Assembly: GCA_963828255.1 (NCBI GenBank)
Contig: CAWHDZ010000040.1
Location: 32,001 to 96,000 of the forward strand
Reading direction: 5' to 3'
Length of the DNA stretch: 64,000 bases
Source: an uncultured delta proteobacterium
GTDB lineage: Bacteria > Myxococcota > Myxococcia > Myxococcales > Anaeromyxobacteraceae
Under the pieces are notes generated by a model that was not told the DNA's origin, did not search any database, and saw only the letters and a program-made list of their open reading frames with translations. The position numbers and the translations under genes are program-made. How positions within the stretch are numbered: the first letter of the stretch is position 1; every line of letters starts with the position of its first letter. Shown here piece after piece: positions 38,881 to 51,455 of the stretch.

Positions 38881-40299
38881 GTGGAGGCGCGCATCGTCGA
38901 GTTCGCCCGGCTGCTGCGGCAGAACGGGGTCAGGGTCTCCCCGGCCGAGGCCGCCGACGCCGTCCGCGCCGCGGCGCTGGCGGGCCTTGCCGACCGGGCC
39001 ACCTTCCGCGCCGCCCTGCGCGCCACCCTGGTGAAGCGGGGCGCCGACGCCCCGGCCTTCGACCGGCTCTTCGCGCTCTACTTCTCCGGACTCTCCCGGG
39101 TCGTCGAGGCGCTCGAGCGGTCGGTCCTGCGCGATCTGGAGGAGAGCGGCGTCCTCGAGGGGGACGAGCTGACCATGGCGGCGCTCACCCTGGCGCGCCT
39201 CTCTCCCCGCCTCTCCCCGCTGGCCCGGGCGGCCCTGACCGGGGACGCGGCGCTGCTGGCGCGGCTCCTGCGCGGCGCGGCGCTCACCATCGACTTCTCG
39301 GGGCTGGAGGCGGCCACCCAGCTCGGGTTCTACGGGCGGAGGCTGCTCGCCGGTGCCGGGGGCGCGGGGCTGGGGGCGGAGCTCGAGGGCTTCCCCCGGG
39401 CGCTCGCCGAGGCGGGGCTCGCCGCGGCCCGGGTCGAGCTGGTGGCCGAGCGGGTCCGGAAGGCGCTGGCCACAGTGGAGGACGCGGCGCGCCGCTACGC
39501 GGATCTGGAGCGGGAGGCGCGGGCCGAGCGACGCCGGGAGGGGGCGCTGGCCCGGCGCGGGATCGCCACGCTCACCCGGGACGAGATCGCCCGGACCGAG
39601 GCCGCCGTGCGGCGCCTGGCCGAGCGGCTGCGCGACCGGCTGGCCCGGCGCGAGCGCTCCCGGCGCCGGGGCGCCCTGAACGTCCGGCGCACGCTGCGGC
39701 GCAACCTGGCCTGGGGCGGCGTGCCCGCGCGGCTCTCCTTCCGCTCGCGCCGCCGCGCCCGGCCCGACGTGGTGGTCCTCTGCGACGTGTCCGACTCGGT
39801 CCGCCACGTGTCGCGCCTCATGCTGCTCTTCGTGCACACGCTCCAGTCGCTCTTCTCCCGCGTGCGCAGCTTCGTCTTCGTCTCCGACCTGGGCGAGGTC
39901 ACCGACGCCTTCCGCGCCGAGCGGGACGTGGCCCGGGCCGCCGACCTGGCCACCGCGGGGAAGGCGGTCAGCCTGGCGGGGAACTCCAACTACGGGAGGG
40001 CCCTCGTCGCCTTTCACCGCCGGTACATGGGGGCGGTGACCTCCCGCACCACCGTGATCGTCATCGGCGACGGGCGCAGCAACTACCTGGCCCCCGAGTC
40101 CTGGGTCCTCACCGAGATCCGGAGGCGGGCCCGTCGCCTGCTGTGGATCTGCCCGGAGGAGCGCTGGGCCTGGGGGAGCGGCGACAGCGAGATGCCGCTC
40201 TACGCCTCGCGGGTGGACCGGGTGGCCGTGGCCACGCATGTCTCCGACCTCGCGGAGATCGCCGGGTCCCTGGTGCCCCGCGGCGTCGCCCGGAGTTGA
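38881..40299 (+). CDS. CoxE-like VWA domain protein
   Basis: IVEFARLLRQNG..VS..E..DA, LVK...FDRLF..YF, RRTLRRN, MIDAS DVSDS, IGDGRSN; TACACT -10 element 6 nt before the GTG. Confidence 0.88.
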   Translation: MEARIVEFARLLRQNGVRVSPAEAADAVRAAALAGLADRATFRAALRATLVKRGADAPAFDRLFALYFSGLSRVVEALERSVLRDLEESGVLEGDELTMAALTLARLSPRLSPLARAALTGDAALLARLLRGAALTIDFSGLEAATQLGFYGRRLLAGAGGAGLGAELEGFPRALAEAGLAAARVELVAERVRKALATVEDAARRYADLEREARAERRREGALARRGIATLTRDEIARTEAAVRRLAERLRDRLARRERSRRRGALNVRRTLRRNLAWGGVPARLSFRSRRRARPDVVVLCDVSDSVRHVSRLMLLFVHTLQSLFSRVRSFVFVSDLGEVTDAFRAERDVARAADLATAGKAVSLAGNSNYGRALVAFHRRYMGAVTSRTTVIVIGDGRSNYLAPESWVLTEIRRRARRLLWICPEERWAWGSGDSEMPLYASRVDRVAVATHVSDLAEIAGSLVPRGVARS

Positions 40300-40334
40300 C
40301 GGCCCGGGGCTCTGGCCCTAGGTTCCCGGGCCCG

Positions 40335-41657
40335 ATGCGCAAGGTCTTCGTCCACACCTTCGGTTGCCAGATGAACGAGTCGGACAGCGACCGGATGGTC
40401 GAGGCCCTGGCCGGCCGGGCCTGGACGCGGACCCCCCACCCGGAGGACGCCGACCTGATCCTCCTCAACACCTGCTCGGTGCGGGAGAAGGCCGAGCAGA
40501 AGCTGCTCTCCGCGCTGGGGCGCTACCGGGAGCACAAGTCGCGGCGCGGCGCGCTCATCGCCGTGGGCGGCTGCGTGGCCCAGCAGGAGAAGGAGCGGCT
40601 GCTCAAGCGGGTTCCCTACGTCGACTTCGTCTTCGGCCCCGACCACGTCGGCCGCCTGCCCGAGCTGGTGGACCGGGCCGACCGCAAGGAGCGCTTCGCC
40701 GAGACCGGCTGGATGGACTCGGAGGAGTACGTCTTTCCCCGCGCCGACGCCGAGGCGGTCCGCGGGCGGGCCAGCGCCTTCGTCACCGCCATGAAGGGCT
40801 GCGACAACGTCTGCTCCTTCTGCATCGTGCCCCGCACCCGCGGCCGGGAGGTCTCGCGCCCCTTCGCCGAGGTGCTGGCCGAGGTGGAGGCGCTCTCGGC
40901 GGTGGGCGTGCGCGAGGTGACCCTCATCGGCCAGAACGTGAACTCCTACCGGGGGGGCTGCACCTTCGCCTCGCTGCTGCGCCGGGTGGCCGCCCTGCCC
41001 GGGGTGGAGCGGGTCCGCTTCACCACCAGCCACCCGCACGACCTCTCCGACGAGCTGGTGGAGGCCTTCCGCGACGAGCCGCTGGTGATGCCCCACTTCC
41101 ACCTTCCCGTCCAGTCCGGGTCCGACGCGGTGCTCCGGCGCATGCGGCGCGACTACGTCGTGGAGGAGTACCTGGAGCGGCACCGCCGGCTCTCCGCGGC
41201 GCGCCCCGGGATCGCCATCACCACCGACTTCATCGTGGGGTTCCCCGGCGAGACCGACGCGGACTTCGAGGCGTCGATGCGCCTCCTGCGGGAGGCCCGC
41301 TTCGAGAACTCCTTCAGCTTCGTCTTCAGCCCGCGTCCGCACACCGGGGCGGCGCTGCATCTCGGGACCGCTCCGGAGTGGGCCGAGGTCCCCCGCGAGG
41401 TGGCGGTGGCGCGGCTGGAGCGGCTCCAGGCCCTGCAGCGCCAGATCGCCGTGGCCGCCCTGGCCGCCCAGGTGGGGCGCGAGGTGGAGGTCCTGGTGGA
41501 GGGGACGTCCGACGACGGCGGCCACATGGGGCGCAGCCCGGAGAACCGGATCGTCCACCTCGAGTCGCACGGCCGCGACCTCCCCCCCGGCTCGGTGGTG
41601 CGGGCGAGGGTGGTGCGGTCCGGGCACAGCTCGCTCGGGGCGGAGCTGGGCTCGTGA
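40335..41657 (+). CDS. miaB: tRNA-2-methylthio-N6-dimethylallyladenosine synthase
   Basis: TFGCQMN, NTCSVREKAEQK, GCDNVCSFCIVP.TRG, RFTTSHP, HLPVQSGS, TRAM domain. Confidence 0.96.
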   Translation: MRKVFVHTFGCQMNESDSDRMVEALAGRAWTRTPHPEDADLILLNTCSVREKAEQKLLSALGRYREHKSRRGALIAVGGCVAQQEKERLLKRVPYVDFVFGPDHVGRLPELVDRADRKERFAETGWMDSEEYVFPRADAEAVRGRASAFVTAMKGCDNVCSFCIVPRTRGREVSRPFAEVLAEVEALSAVGVREVTLIGQNVNSYRGGCTFASLLRRVAALPGVERVRFTTSHPHDLSDELVEAFRDEPLVMPHFHLPVQSGSDAVLRRMRRDYVVEEYLERHRRLSAARPGIAITTDFIVGFPGETDADFEASMRLLREARFENSFSFVFSPRPHTGAALHLGTAPEWAEVPREVAVARLERLQALQRQIAVAALAAQVGREVEVLVEGTSDDGGHMGRSPENRIVHLESHGRDLPPGSVVRARVVRSGHSSLGAELGS

Positions 41658-42040
41658 TGCGGACCGCCGCGGCGTTCCTGCCTGCCGCCCTCTACGCCGG
41701 CCTCATCTTCGCCCTCTCGGCGCAGGCGACCCCGTTTCCCATGCTCCCGCCCGAGCTCCTCCTGCACGACAAGCTCCTCCACGCGGCGGCCTATGCCGGG
41801 CTCGGGGCGCTGCTCGTGCCCGGTCTCCGCGCCGCCGGGTGCTCCCCCCGCGGCGCCCTCCTCGGCGCGGTGGCGCTGGCCGGCATCTACGGCGCCACCG
41901 ACGAGATCCACCAGGCGTTCGTGCCCGGACGGACGGCCGACGCGCTCGACTGGGTCGCCGACACCCTGGGCGCCGCTCTCGGCGCCTCCGCGGCCACGGC
42001 GGCAACCCTTGCCTTGCGGCGTCCCCGCGGCGCGGGCTAG
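41657..42040 (+). CDS. VanZ family membrane protein
   Basis: DKLLHAAAY, DEIHQAFVPGR, DWVAD. Confidence 0.88.
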   Translation: MRTAAAFLPAALYAGLIFALSAQATPFPMLPPELLLHDKLLHAAAYAGLGALLVPGLRAAGCSPRGALLGAVALAGIYGATDEIHQAFVPGRTADALDWVADTLGAALGASAATAATLALRRPRGAG

Positions 42041-42045
42041 CATCG

Positions 42046-42585
42046 ATGAAGGTGACCGCTCTGATACGCGCCTGGGGAGGAAAAACGCCGAGGCTCGCCG
42101 ACGACGTCTGGGTCGCCGACGGCGCGGTGGTCGTCGGGGACGTCGAGATCGGTCCCGGCTCCTCGGTCTGGTTCGGCGCCATCGTCCGCGGCGACGTGAA
42201 CCAGGTCCGCGTCGGCGCCCGCACCAACCTGCAGGACCACGCGATCCTGCACGTCTCCGGGGGGACCCACCCCACCGCCGTGGGAGACGACGTCACGGTG
42301 GGGCACCGCGTGACCCTGCACGGGTGCACCGTGAAGGACCGCTGCCTCATCGGGATCGGCGCGGTGGTCATGGACGGCGCCGTGATCGGGGAGGACTCCA
42401 TGGTGGGCGCCGGGTCGCTGGTTCCTCCCGGGATGGTGGTTCCGCCCGGGATGCTCGCCCTGGGCTCCCCGGCCAGGGTGAAGCGCGACCTCACCCGCGA
42501 GGAGATCGCCTCCTTCCGCAGGTCGGCGGCCAACTACGCCTCCTACGCCGCGCAGTACCGGAAGGAGGGGTTCCCCGGCCGATGA
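42046..42585 (+). CDS. Gamma-class carbonic anhydrase / LbH protein
   Basis: Hexapeptide repeats, RGD, NLQD, three His ligands (ILH...GH...LHG). Confidence 0.92.
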   Translation: MKVTALIRAWGGKTPRLADDVWVADGAVVVGDVEIGPGSSVWFGAIVRGDVNQVRVGARTNLQDHAILHVSGGTHPTAVGDDVTVGHRVTLHGCTVKDRCLIGIGAVVMDGAVIGEDSMVGAGSLVPPGMVVPPGMLALGSPARVKRDLTREEIASFRRSAANYASYAAQYRKEGFPGR

Positions 42586-43037
42586 CCCCCGTCGAGGCGC
42601 TCCAGAAGTGCACCCTGTTCCGCGAGTTCAGCGAGACGGGGCTGAACATCTTTGCAGCCATCGCCACCGAGAAGAGCGTCCCGGCCGGCGCGCCCATCTT
42701 CGCCGAGAACATGGTGGGCGACGCCCTGTTCATCGTGAAGAGCGGCACCGTCCGCATCACCAGCCGCGCCGGCGGCAACGAGGGGACGCTGGCGATCCTC
42801 GGGCCCGGGGAGCACCTGGGCGAGCTGGCGCTGCTGGCCCGCAGCGTGCGGCTCGTCTCGGCCGTCGCCGAGACCCCCTGCGAACTCGTGGAGATCACCC
42901 AGCGCGACTACTACCGCCTGCAGCCCCAGAAGCCCCAGGCCTGCTTGAAGCTGGCGCTCGCCATCGCCTCCGACCTGGCTCGCAAGCTGGCCGACGGGCG
43001 CGAACCACTCCGGTCCCTGGTCGGGGCCAGGGGCTGA
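42582..43037 (+). CDS. Stand-alone cyclic-nucleotide-binding domain protein
   Basis: LFIVKSGTV, LGPGEHLGELALL...RLVSAVA. Confidence 0.85.
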   Translation: MTPVEALQKCTLFREFSETGLNIFAAIATEKSVPAGAPIFAENMVGDALFIVKSGTVRITSRAGGNEGTLAILGPGEHLGELALLARSVRLVSAVAETPCELVEITQRDYYRLQPQKPQACLKLALAIASDLARKLADGREPLRSLVGARG

Positions 43038-43052
43038 TCGGCGGGAACCGGC

Positions 43053-43709
43053 GTGCTGGAGCGTCTCGTAGAGCACCTGCAATCCCAGTCCCTCGGGCTG
43101 GGCTACGCCGCGGTCTTCGGGCTGCTCCTCGCGGCCGGGTTCGGCTTCCCGCTCCCCGAGGACGTGCCCCTCATCGCCGGGGGCGTGCTGGCCTGGCTGG
43201 CCTCGCCGCTCGAGGAGGCCACGCTCTCCGGCATGCTCGCCGACAGCGGATTCCAGGCCATGGTGGCGGTGGGGATGGGAGGGATCCTCCTCGGCGACTC
43301 GATCATCTACCTGGCCGGCAGGAAGATCGGGAGGCGGGTGGCCGAGGTCTGGCCTTTCCGCATCCTGGTCACGCCCGACAAGCTCGAGAAGGTGGAGCGG
43401 CTGCTGCGGCAGCGCGGCAAGGTGGTGGTCCTGGTGGCCCGGTTCCTCCCCGGGCTCCGGGCGCCCACCTACTTCACGGTAGGTCACAGCCGGGTGCCCT
43501 ACTGGGAGTTCCTGGCATTCGACGGCCTGGCGGCCCTGCTCTCGGCCCCCCTCTGGGTCGCGCTGGGATTCTGGTTCGGCGACGACATCGAGCGGGCGGC
43601 CCGCGCCGGATCGAAGTTCGGCGGCTACATCCTGGCCGCGGTGATCGCGGTGGTGGTGATCCTGGTCGGACGCGCGTGGCTGAGGCGGCGCCGCGCTACC
43701 GGCCGGTGA
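43053..43709 (+). CDS. DedA family membrane protein
   Basis: PLPED, LGDSIIY..GR, ARFLPGLR. Confidence 0.9.
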   Translation: MLERLVEHLQSQSLGLGYAAVFGLLLAAGFGFPLPEDVPLIAGGVLAWLASPLEEATLSGMLADSGFQAMVAVGMGGILLGDSIIYLAGRKIGRRVAEVWPFRILVTPDKLEKVERLLRQRGKVVVLVARFLPGLRAPTYFTVGHSRVPYWEFLAFDGLAALLSAPLWVALGFWFGDDIERAARAGSKFGGYILAAVIAVVVILVGRAWLRRRRATGR

Positions 43710-45507
43710 TCCGGCCCCAGAGCCCCTTCAGCCCGGTGGCGGGCCCGGAAGGGGAGGCGGGGTGGGGAATCTCCCTCGACCCGGTGGACGCGGGAGGCCC
43801 GTCGTGTCCGGGGGGCCCGGTCCCGGCCCCGGGCGGACGCTCGATCCCCGCGGCCGCGTAGCTCGCCTCCTTCTCCACCCGCTTCTTGACCTCGTCGGGG
43901 GTGCCCTTGGTGGTGAAGACCACCTCCACCTCGCGGCCGGATCCGATCTCCCGGGCCCGGACGGCGAGCAGGCACTCCTCACCCAGCTCGAAGGCCACGG
44001 CGATGCGCACCGATCCCTTCGCCCCGCGTGGCAGGCCGGTGAGCTGGATGGTCCCCAGGTACTGGCACTCGGCGACCGTCGCCCCCTCGCCCTCGAAGAT
44101 CCAGAGGTCGAAGGTCTTCTGGTCGTCCTTGGTGGTTCCGAGCTGGTACTCCTTGCGAACCGGGAGCGGGGTGTTGCGCTCGATGACCCGCTTCACCCGG
44201 CCCCCGCCTCCGGGCAGGCCGACTCCGATGGAGATTGGAACGACGTCGATGAGCACGACACCCTCCGCGCTGTTCAGCGAGTGGGCGAGGAGGGCCGCGC
44301 CGATGGCCACCGCCTCGTCCGGGTGCACTGCCTTGCTCGGCGCCTTACCGAAGAACGAACGGATCCGCTCCTGGACGAGCGGCATCCGCGACTGCCCCCC
44401 CACCAGGATCACCTCGTCGACGTCGCGGGGATCGAGCCCCTTTTCCTCGAGCACCCGCGCGCAGGTCTGGACCGTGCGCTCCACCAGCGGGGCCACCAGC
44501 GCCTCCAGATCGGCGCGGGTCAGGGTGGTGTCGAGGGCGGTGGGCTTCCCGTCCACGGTGGCCAGGTAGGGGAGGTGGACGGGGAAGCTCTCCTGCTCGG
44601 AGAGCGCGCACTTGGCCCGCTCCGCGGCGTCGGCCAGGCGGGAGCGGGCCACCGCGTCCCACTTGAACGATCCGTGAAGCCTCTCGAACTCCCGCACCAG
44701 GAAGGCGACGATCCGGTCGTCGAAGTCCACGCCGCCCAGGAAGGTGTCGCCGCCGGTGGAGATCACCTGGTAGACCCGGTCGGCCAGCTCGAGGACCGAG
44801 GCGTCGAAGGTCCCGCCGCCCAGGTCGTACACCAGCACCCGCTCCTTGACGTTCCTGCCCCAGGCGTAGGCCAGCGAGGCGGCGGTGGGCTCGTTCAGGA
44901 TCCGCTCCACGTGCAGCCCGGCCAGGGCGCCGGCCCGGCGCACCGCCGCGCGCTGCTGCTCGCTGTAGTAGGCGGGCACGGTGATCACCGCGCGGTTCAC
45001 CTCCTCGCCGAGGAAGTTCTCGGCGACCCCCTTCACCTCGCGGAGCACCAGCGCCTGGACCTGCTCCATCGTCAGGGTGAGCGGCCCGAGCCGGACCGCG
45101 CAGAGCCCGTCCTCCCCGGGGACCACGTCGTAGGGGAAGTGCGGGAGCATGGACTGCACCACGGCGGAGTCGAAGGCGCGCCCCACCAGCCGCTTGGCGC
45201 CGTGGACCGTCTGGGCCGGGTTGAAGAGGAGTTGCCCCTTGGCGTGCCGCCCCACCACCACGCGGTTGCGCTGGTTCAGCGCCACCATGGACGGGATGGT
45301 GTTGTACCCGTCGCGCGAGGGGATGACCCGCGGCCGCCCGTCCTGGACCACCGCGGCGCAGGAGTTGGACGTCCCCAGGTCGATGCCGATGGAGATCCGG
45401 GACAGGCGGGCCGGGGCGACCGGCCGGTCGGGCAGCCCGACGTCGACGGCCGGGGCCCCCGTCGCGACCACGGGAGGGGTTTGCGGCGGGTGCGCGTCGT
45501 TGCCCAC
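43696..45507 (-). CDS. Hsp70/DnaK-family paralogue lacking the helical lid (start approximate)
   Basis: [56 protein letters not shown]; ends shortly after the beta substrate-binding domain. Confidence 0.88.
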   Translation of the reverse strand: MGNDAHPPQTPPVVATGAPAVDVGLPDRPVAPARLSRISIGIDLGTSNSCAAVVQDGRPRVIPSRDGYNTIPSMVALNQRNRVVVGRHAKGQLLFNPAQTVHGAKRLVGRAFDSAVVQSMLPHFPYDVVPGEDGLCAVRLGPLTLTMEQVQALVLREVKGVAENFLGEEVNRAVITVPAYYSEQQRAAVRRAGALAGLHVERILNEPTAASLAYAWGRNVKERVLVYDLGGGTFDASVLELADRVYQVISTGGDTFLGGVDFDDRIVAFLVREFERLHGSFKWDAVARSRLADAAERAKCALSEQESFPVHLPYLATVDGKPTALDTTLTRADLEALVAPLVERTVQTCARVLEEKGLDPRDVDEVILVGGQSRMPLVQERIRSFFGKAPSKAVHPDEAVAIGAALLAHSLNSAEGVVLIDVVPISIGVGLPGGGGRVKRVIERNTPLPVRKEYQLGTTKDDQKTFDLWIFEGEGATVAECQYLGTIQLTGLPRGAKGSVRIAVAFELGEECLLAVRAREIGSGREVEVVFTTKGTPDEVKKRVEKEASYAAAGIERPPGAGTGPPGHDGPPASTGSREIPHPASPSGPATGLKGLWGRITGR

Positions 45508-45513
45508 CGGTGA

Positions 45514-47121
<1,608 letters not shown>

Positions 47122-47126
47122 CGTCG

Positions 47127-48683
47127 ATGGACATCCACGGCGAGAAGATCCTCATCCTCGACTTCGGTTCGCAGTACACGCAGCTCATCGCCCGGAGGCT
47201 GCGCGAGCTGGGCGTCTACTGCGAGATCCACCCCTGCACCATGCCCGGGGCGGCCATGCGCGCCTGGAGGCCGCGCGGCGTGGTGCTCTCCGGGGGCCCG
47301 GCCAGCGTGCTCGCCGAGGGGAGCCCGCGGGTGGACGCCGCGGTCTGGGATCTCGGCGTCCCGGTGCTGGGCATCTGCTACGGCCTGCAGCTCATCGCCC
47401 ACGAGCTGGGAGGCAAGGTGGATCGCGCCGCGCACCGCGAGTACGGGCCGGCCACCATCGACGCGAAGGGGGACTGCGCCCTCTTCCAGGGGCTGCCCCC
47501 CCGGCTCGACGTCTGGATGAGCCACGGCGACCGGGTCGAGGCGCTGCCGCCCGGCTTCGAGCCGGTGGCCTCCACGGCCAGCGCACCCTTCGCCGCGGTG
47601 CAGGACCGGGCGCGGCGCATGTTCGGGGTCCAGTTCCACCCCGAGGTGGCCCACACCCCGCGGGGCGCCGACCTGCTGCGCAACTTCGCCATCGGCGTCT
47701 GCGGCCTCTCCGGCTCCTGGTCGATGCGGGCCTACGTGGACGTCGCGGTGGAGCAGATCCGCGCCCAGGTCGGGTCCGGCCACGCCATCTGCGCGCTCTC
47801 GGGAGGCGTCGATTCCGCGGTGGCCGCCGTGCTCGTGCACCGCGCCATCGGCGACCGGCTGCGCTGCATCTTCGTGGACAACGGCGTGCTCCGGTCCGGC
47901 GAGCGGGAGCAGGTCGAGAAGGTCTTCGGGCAGATGTTCCACCTGCCGCTCGTCACCGTGGACGCCCGATTCCGCTTCCTCGCCAGGCTTGCCGGGGTCA
48001 CCGACCCGGAGCAGAAGCGCAAGATCATCGGGCGCGAGTTCATCGCCGTCTTCGAGGAGGAGGTCGAGCGGCTCTCCCGAGAGGGGGAGCGCGCCCAGTT
48101 CCTGGTGCAGGGGACCCTCTACCCCGACGTCATCGAGAGCGTCTCCTTCAAGGGGCCCTCCGCCACCATCAAGAGCCACCACAACGTGGGCGGGCTGCCC
48201 GACGTGATGAAGCTCGCCCTCGTCGAGCCGCTCCGCGAGCTCTTCAAGGACGAGGTGCGGCGGCTGGGCATGGAGCTCGGGCTCCCGGCCGAGTCGGTGC
48301 AGCGCCAGCCCTTTCCGGGGCCGGGCCTGGCCATCCGGGTGCTGGGGGAGGTCACCGAGGAGCGGCTCGAGGTGCTGCGCCGCGCCGACCTCATCGTCCA
48401 GGACGAGGTCAAGAAGGCCGGCCTCCAGGAGAAGGTCTGGCAGTCCTTCGCCGTCCTGCTCCCGGTCCGGAGCGTGGGGGTGATGGGGGACGAGCGGACG
48501 TACGAGTCCACCTGCGCCATCCGGGCGGTGGAGTCCACCGACGGCATGACCGGGGACTGGGCCAGGCTGCCCTACGACCTGCTGGCCCGCCTCTCCACCC
48601 GGATCATCAACGAGGTCCGGGGCATCAACCGGGTCGTCTACGATATCTCCTCGAAGCCGCCCGCGACGATCGAGTGGGAGTAG
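47127..48683 (+). CDS. guaA: GMP synthase (glutamine-hydrolysing)
   Basis: [38 protein letters not shown]. Confidence 0.97.
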   Translation: MDIHGEKILILDFGSQYTQLIARRLRELGVYCEIHPCTMPGAAMRAWRPRGVVLSGGPASVLAEGSPRVDAAVWDLGVPVLGICYGLQLIAHELGGKVDRAAHREYGPATIDAKGDCALFQGLPPRLDVWMSHGDRVEALPPGFEPVASTASAPFAAVQDRARRMFGVQFHPEVAHTPRGADLLRNFAIGVCGLSGSWSMRAYVDVAVEQIRAQVGSGHAICALSGGVDSAVAAVLVHRAIGDRLRCIFVDNGVLRSGEREQVEKVFGQMFHLPLVTVDARFRFLARLAGVTDPEQKRKIIGREFIAVFEEEVERLSREGERAQFLVQGTLYPDVIESVSFKGPSATIKSHHNVGGLPDVMKLALVEPLRELFKDEVRRLGMELGLPAESVQRQPFPGPGLAIRVLGEVTEERLEVLRRADLIVQDEVKKAGLQEKVWQSFAVLLPVRSVGVMGDERTYESTCAIRAVESTDGMTGDWARLPYDLLARLSTRIINEVRGINRVVYDISSKPPATIEWE

Positions 48684-48806
48684 GGGAAGCCTGACGGCCC
48701 TGACGGGGGGCGGCAGCACGGGCCCGGAAGGGTGTCGGCTGGAAATGACGCGGTGCGAACCGGGATGGGCTTGCCCGGGAGCCCCAGGAAAGGCAATAAC
48801 GAGCCA

Positions 48807-49628
48807 ATGCTCGTTTTCCGGAACTGCGCACGGCTCGCCCCCATCCTCGCCTTCATCCTGCTCGCCGCGCCCGTGACGCGCGCCCAGGCGCCTGCCGCGC
48901 CGGCGCCAGCGGCCGCCCCGCCTGCCTCGGCGGCGGCGCCCTCGGCCGAGCTCGCCGCCCTCATCGCCGAGATCGAGGCCAACTGGGTCATCCGGGACCA
49001 GCCCGGGAAGATGGACGTCGATCTGGCGCTCCTCCAGAAGGCCGAGAAGATCGCGCCCGGCGACTACGAGGTGATCTGGCGCTTCGCCCGGCACTACTAC
49101 TGGCTCGCCGACGACCCGTCCATCTCCAACGAGGAGAAGGCCCGGCTCGGAAAGCTCACCTGGGACTGGTCCGACCGGGCCACCCAGGCGAACCCCTCGC
49201 GCGTCGAGGGCTGGTTCTACGGATTGGCCGGCGTGGGCATGTACTCGCTCGGCATCAGCATCGTGAAGGCGCTCTTCGACGGGATGGAGTCGAAGTACAC
49301 CGACCGTCTCAAGAAGGCGCAGGCCGCCGACCCGGCGTACTACGGCCACGGGGCCGACGTGTCCTGGGGGCGCTACCACTACGAGCTGCCCTGGCCCAAG
49401 TACGACGGCGAGAAGAGCGAGCTCTCCTTCCGCAAGGCGCTCCGCGGCACGCCCACCAACCTGAGGGCCAAGGTCTACCTGGCCGAGCTGTACCTGAAGG
49501 AGGACCACCCCGCCGAGGCCAAGAAGCTGCTCGACGCGGTGCTGGCCGCAAAGATTGGCGCGTACGACCCACCCGAGGAGCGGCGCGCGCAGGGGCTGGC
49601 GCGCGTGGCCCTCGAACAGATCAAGTAG
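48807..49628 (+). CDS. Exported TPR-like protein (TatT/RMDN-like helical fold)
   Basis: Signal peptide (...TRA-QA), Ala/Pro linker, TPR-like helices, YELPWP motif; first gene of the lipid operon. Confidence 0.7.
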   Translation: MLVFRNCARLAPILAFILLAAPVTRAQAPAAPAPAAAPPASAAAPSAELAALIAEIEANWVIRDQPGKMDVDLALLQKAEKIAPGDYEVIWRFARHYYWLADDPSISNEEKARLGKLTWDWSDRATQANPSRVEGWFYGLAGVGMYSLGISIVKALFDGMESKYTDRLKKAQAADPAYYGHGADVSWGRYHYELPWPKYDGEKSELSFRKALRGTPTNLRAKVYLAELYLKEDHPAEAKKLLDAVLAAKIGAYDPPEERRAQGLARVALEQIK

Positions 49629-49651
49629 TCTTCTTCACCCAGGGAGAACAC

Positions 49652-51442
49652 ATGATCGCGTTGACCTCCAGGAATCTCGTGCAGGTGTTCGAGGATCAGG
49701 TGGCCCGGCGGGGCGATGCCACCGCGCTGACCTTCAAGCGGGCGGGGTCCTGGCAGACCATGTCCTGGAAGGAGCTGGGGCGCCGGGTGCGGGACGTGGC
49801 CGACGGCCTCGCATCCCTGGGGGTGAAGCCCGGCGACCGCGTCTCCATCCTGGGGGACACCTCCGCCGAGTGGATCATCGCCGACGTGGCCATCATGTCG
49901 GCCGGCGCCATCACCGTGCCCATCTACCAGTCCAACCCGGCCCACGAGGTGCAGTACGTCCTCCAGGACGCAGGGTCCTCCTGGATCTTCGTGGACCACG
50001 ACCACCAGGCCGCCAAGATCCGCGAGGAGGCGGCCAAGCTCCCCGACCTGAAGGGTGTCATCCGCTTCTTCGGAGACCCCGAGGCCTCCCACGAGCACAC
50101 GCTGGCGGCCGTCGAGAACCGCGGCATCGCCTTCCGCGAGCAGAACCCCGGCTCGCACGCGGCGCGGGTGGCTGCCGTGAAGCCCTCCGACCCGGCCTCG
50201 TACCTCTACACCTCCGGCACCACCGGCAACCCCAAGGGCGTGGTGCTCACCCACGGCGCCTGGACCTACGAGGCCGAGGCCACCGCCGAGCTCGAGCTCG
50301 TCAAGCCCGACGACGTGGTCCTGCTCTTCCTCCCCATGGCCCACTCCTTCGCCAAGGTGATCGAGGCGGTCTGGTTCGGCCAGGGGGCCACGGCGGCCTT
50401 CGTGGAGTCGATCGAGAAGATCGTCGACAACGCCGGCGAGGTCCGCCCCACCGTGATGCCGTCCGTGCCGCGCATCTTCGAGAAGGCCTACGACGCGGTG
50501 CTCGCCAAGGGGCTCGCCACTCCCGGAGTGAAGGGCTGGCTCTTCGGGCTGGCCATGAACGGGTTCGAGGCCTGGGCCGAAGGCAAGGCCAAGGGCATGG
50601 AGGTGAAGACCTTCGGCTTCAAGCTCGGCGAGAAGCTGGTCTTCCCCAAGCTCTCGGCGGCGCTCTCGGCCCGCTTCGGCGGGAGGATGCGCCTCTTCGT
50701 GTCGGGCGGCGCCCCGCTCTCCCCCAAGATCAACTGGTTCTTCACGCTGCTCGGCTTCACGATCCTGGAGGGCTACGGCCTCACCGAGACCTCGGCCGGG
50801 ACCTGCGTGAACCGGATCGGCAAGAACAAGATCGGGACGGTGGGGGCCCCGGTTCCGGGCACCCAGGTCAAGATCGCCGAGGACGGCGAGATCCTCCTCA
50901 AGGGGCCCGGCGTCATGAAGGAGTACTACCGGCGCCCCGAGGCCACCGCCGAGATGCTCAAGGACGGGTGGCTCTACACCGGGGACATCGGCGAGGTGGA
51001 CGCCGACGGCTACGTGAAGATCACCGACCGGAAGAAGGACCTGATCAAGACCTCGGGAGGGAAGTACATCGCCCCGCAGAACCTGGAGAACGAGCTCAAG
51101 GGCGATCCGCTCATCTCCCAGGCGGTGATCCACGGCGACCAGCGCAAGTACGTGACCGCGCTCATCACGCTCAGCATCGAGAACGCCCGGGCCTGGGCCG
51201 CCGAGCAGGGGCTGGCCGAGGACGAGCCGCTCCACTCCCACCCCAAGGTGAAGGCCCGCATCCAGCAGGCCGTGGACGCGCTCAACGCCAAGCAGGCCAG
51301 CTACTCCAGCATCAAGAAGTTCACCATCCTGGAGATCGACTTCACCCAGGACCGGGGCGAGCTCACCCCCACGCTCAAGGTGAAGCGCAAGGTGGTCACC
51401 GAGCGTTACAAGAAGCTGCTCGACGCCATGTACGTGGAGTGA
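49652..51442 (+). CDS. Long-chain fatty acid--CoA ligase
   Basis: YTSGTTGNPKG, EGYGLTE, TGDIG, DRKKDLIKTSGGK, TPTLKVKR. Confidence 0.93.
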   Translation: MIALTSRNLVQVFEDQVARRGDATALTFKRAGSWQTMSWKELGRRVRDVADGLASLGVKPGDRVSILGDTSAEWIIADVAIMSAGAITVPIYQSNPAHEVQYVLQDAGSSWIFVDHDHQAAKIREEAAKLPDLKGVIRFFGDPEASHEHTLAAVENRGIAFREQNPGSHAARVAAVKPSDPASYLYTSGTTGNPKGVVLTHGAWTYEAEATAELELVKPDDVVLLFLPMAHSFAKVIEAVWFGQGATAAFVESIEKIVDNAGEVRPTVMPSVPRIFEKAYDAVLAKGLATPGVKGWLFGLAMNGFEAWAEGKAKGMEVKTFGFKLGEKLVFPKLSAALSARFGGRMRLFVSGGAPLSPKINWFFTLLGFTILEGYGLTETSAGTCVNRIGKNKIGTVGAPVPGTQVKIAEDGEILLKGPGVMKEYYRRPEATAEMLKDGWLYTGDIGEVDADGYVKITDRKKDLIKTSGGKYIAPQNLENELKGDPLISQAVIHGDQRKYVTALITLSIENARAWAAEQGLAEDEPLHSHPKVKARIQQAVDALNAKQASYSSIKKFTILEIDFTQDRGELTPTLKVKRKVVTERYKKLLDAMYVE

Positions 51443-51455
51443 GGGGGCGGGGACC

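Noticed and set aside
48684..48806. Island integration at the guaA 3' end (short CCTGACGG direct repeat)
   Set aside because: No integrase nearby, and downstream genes have host-like composition.
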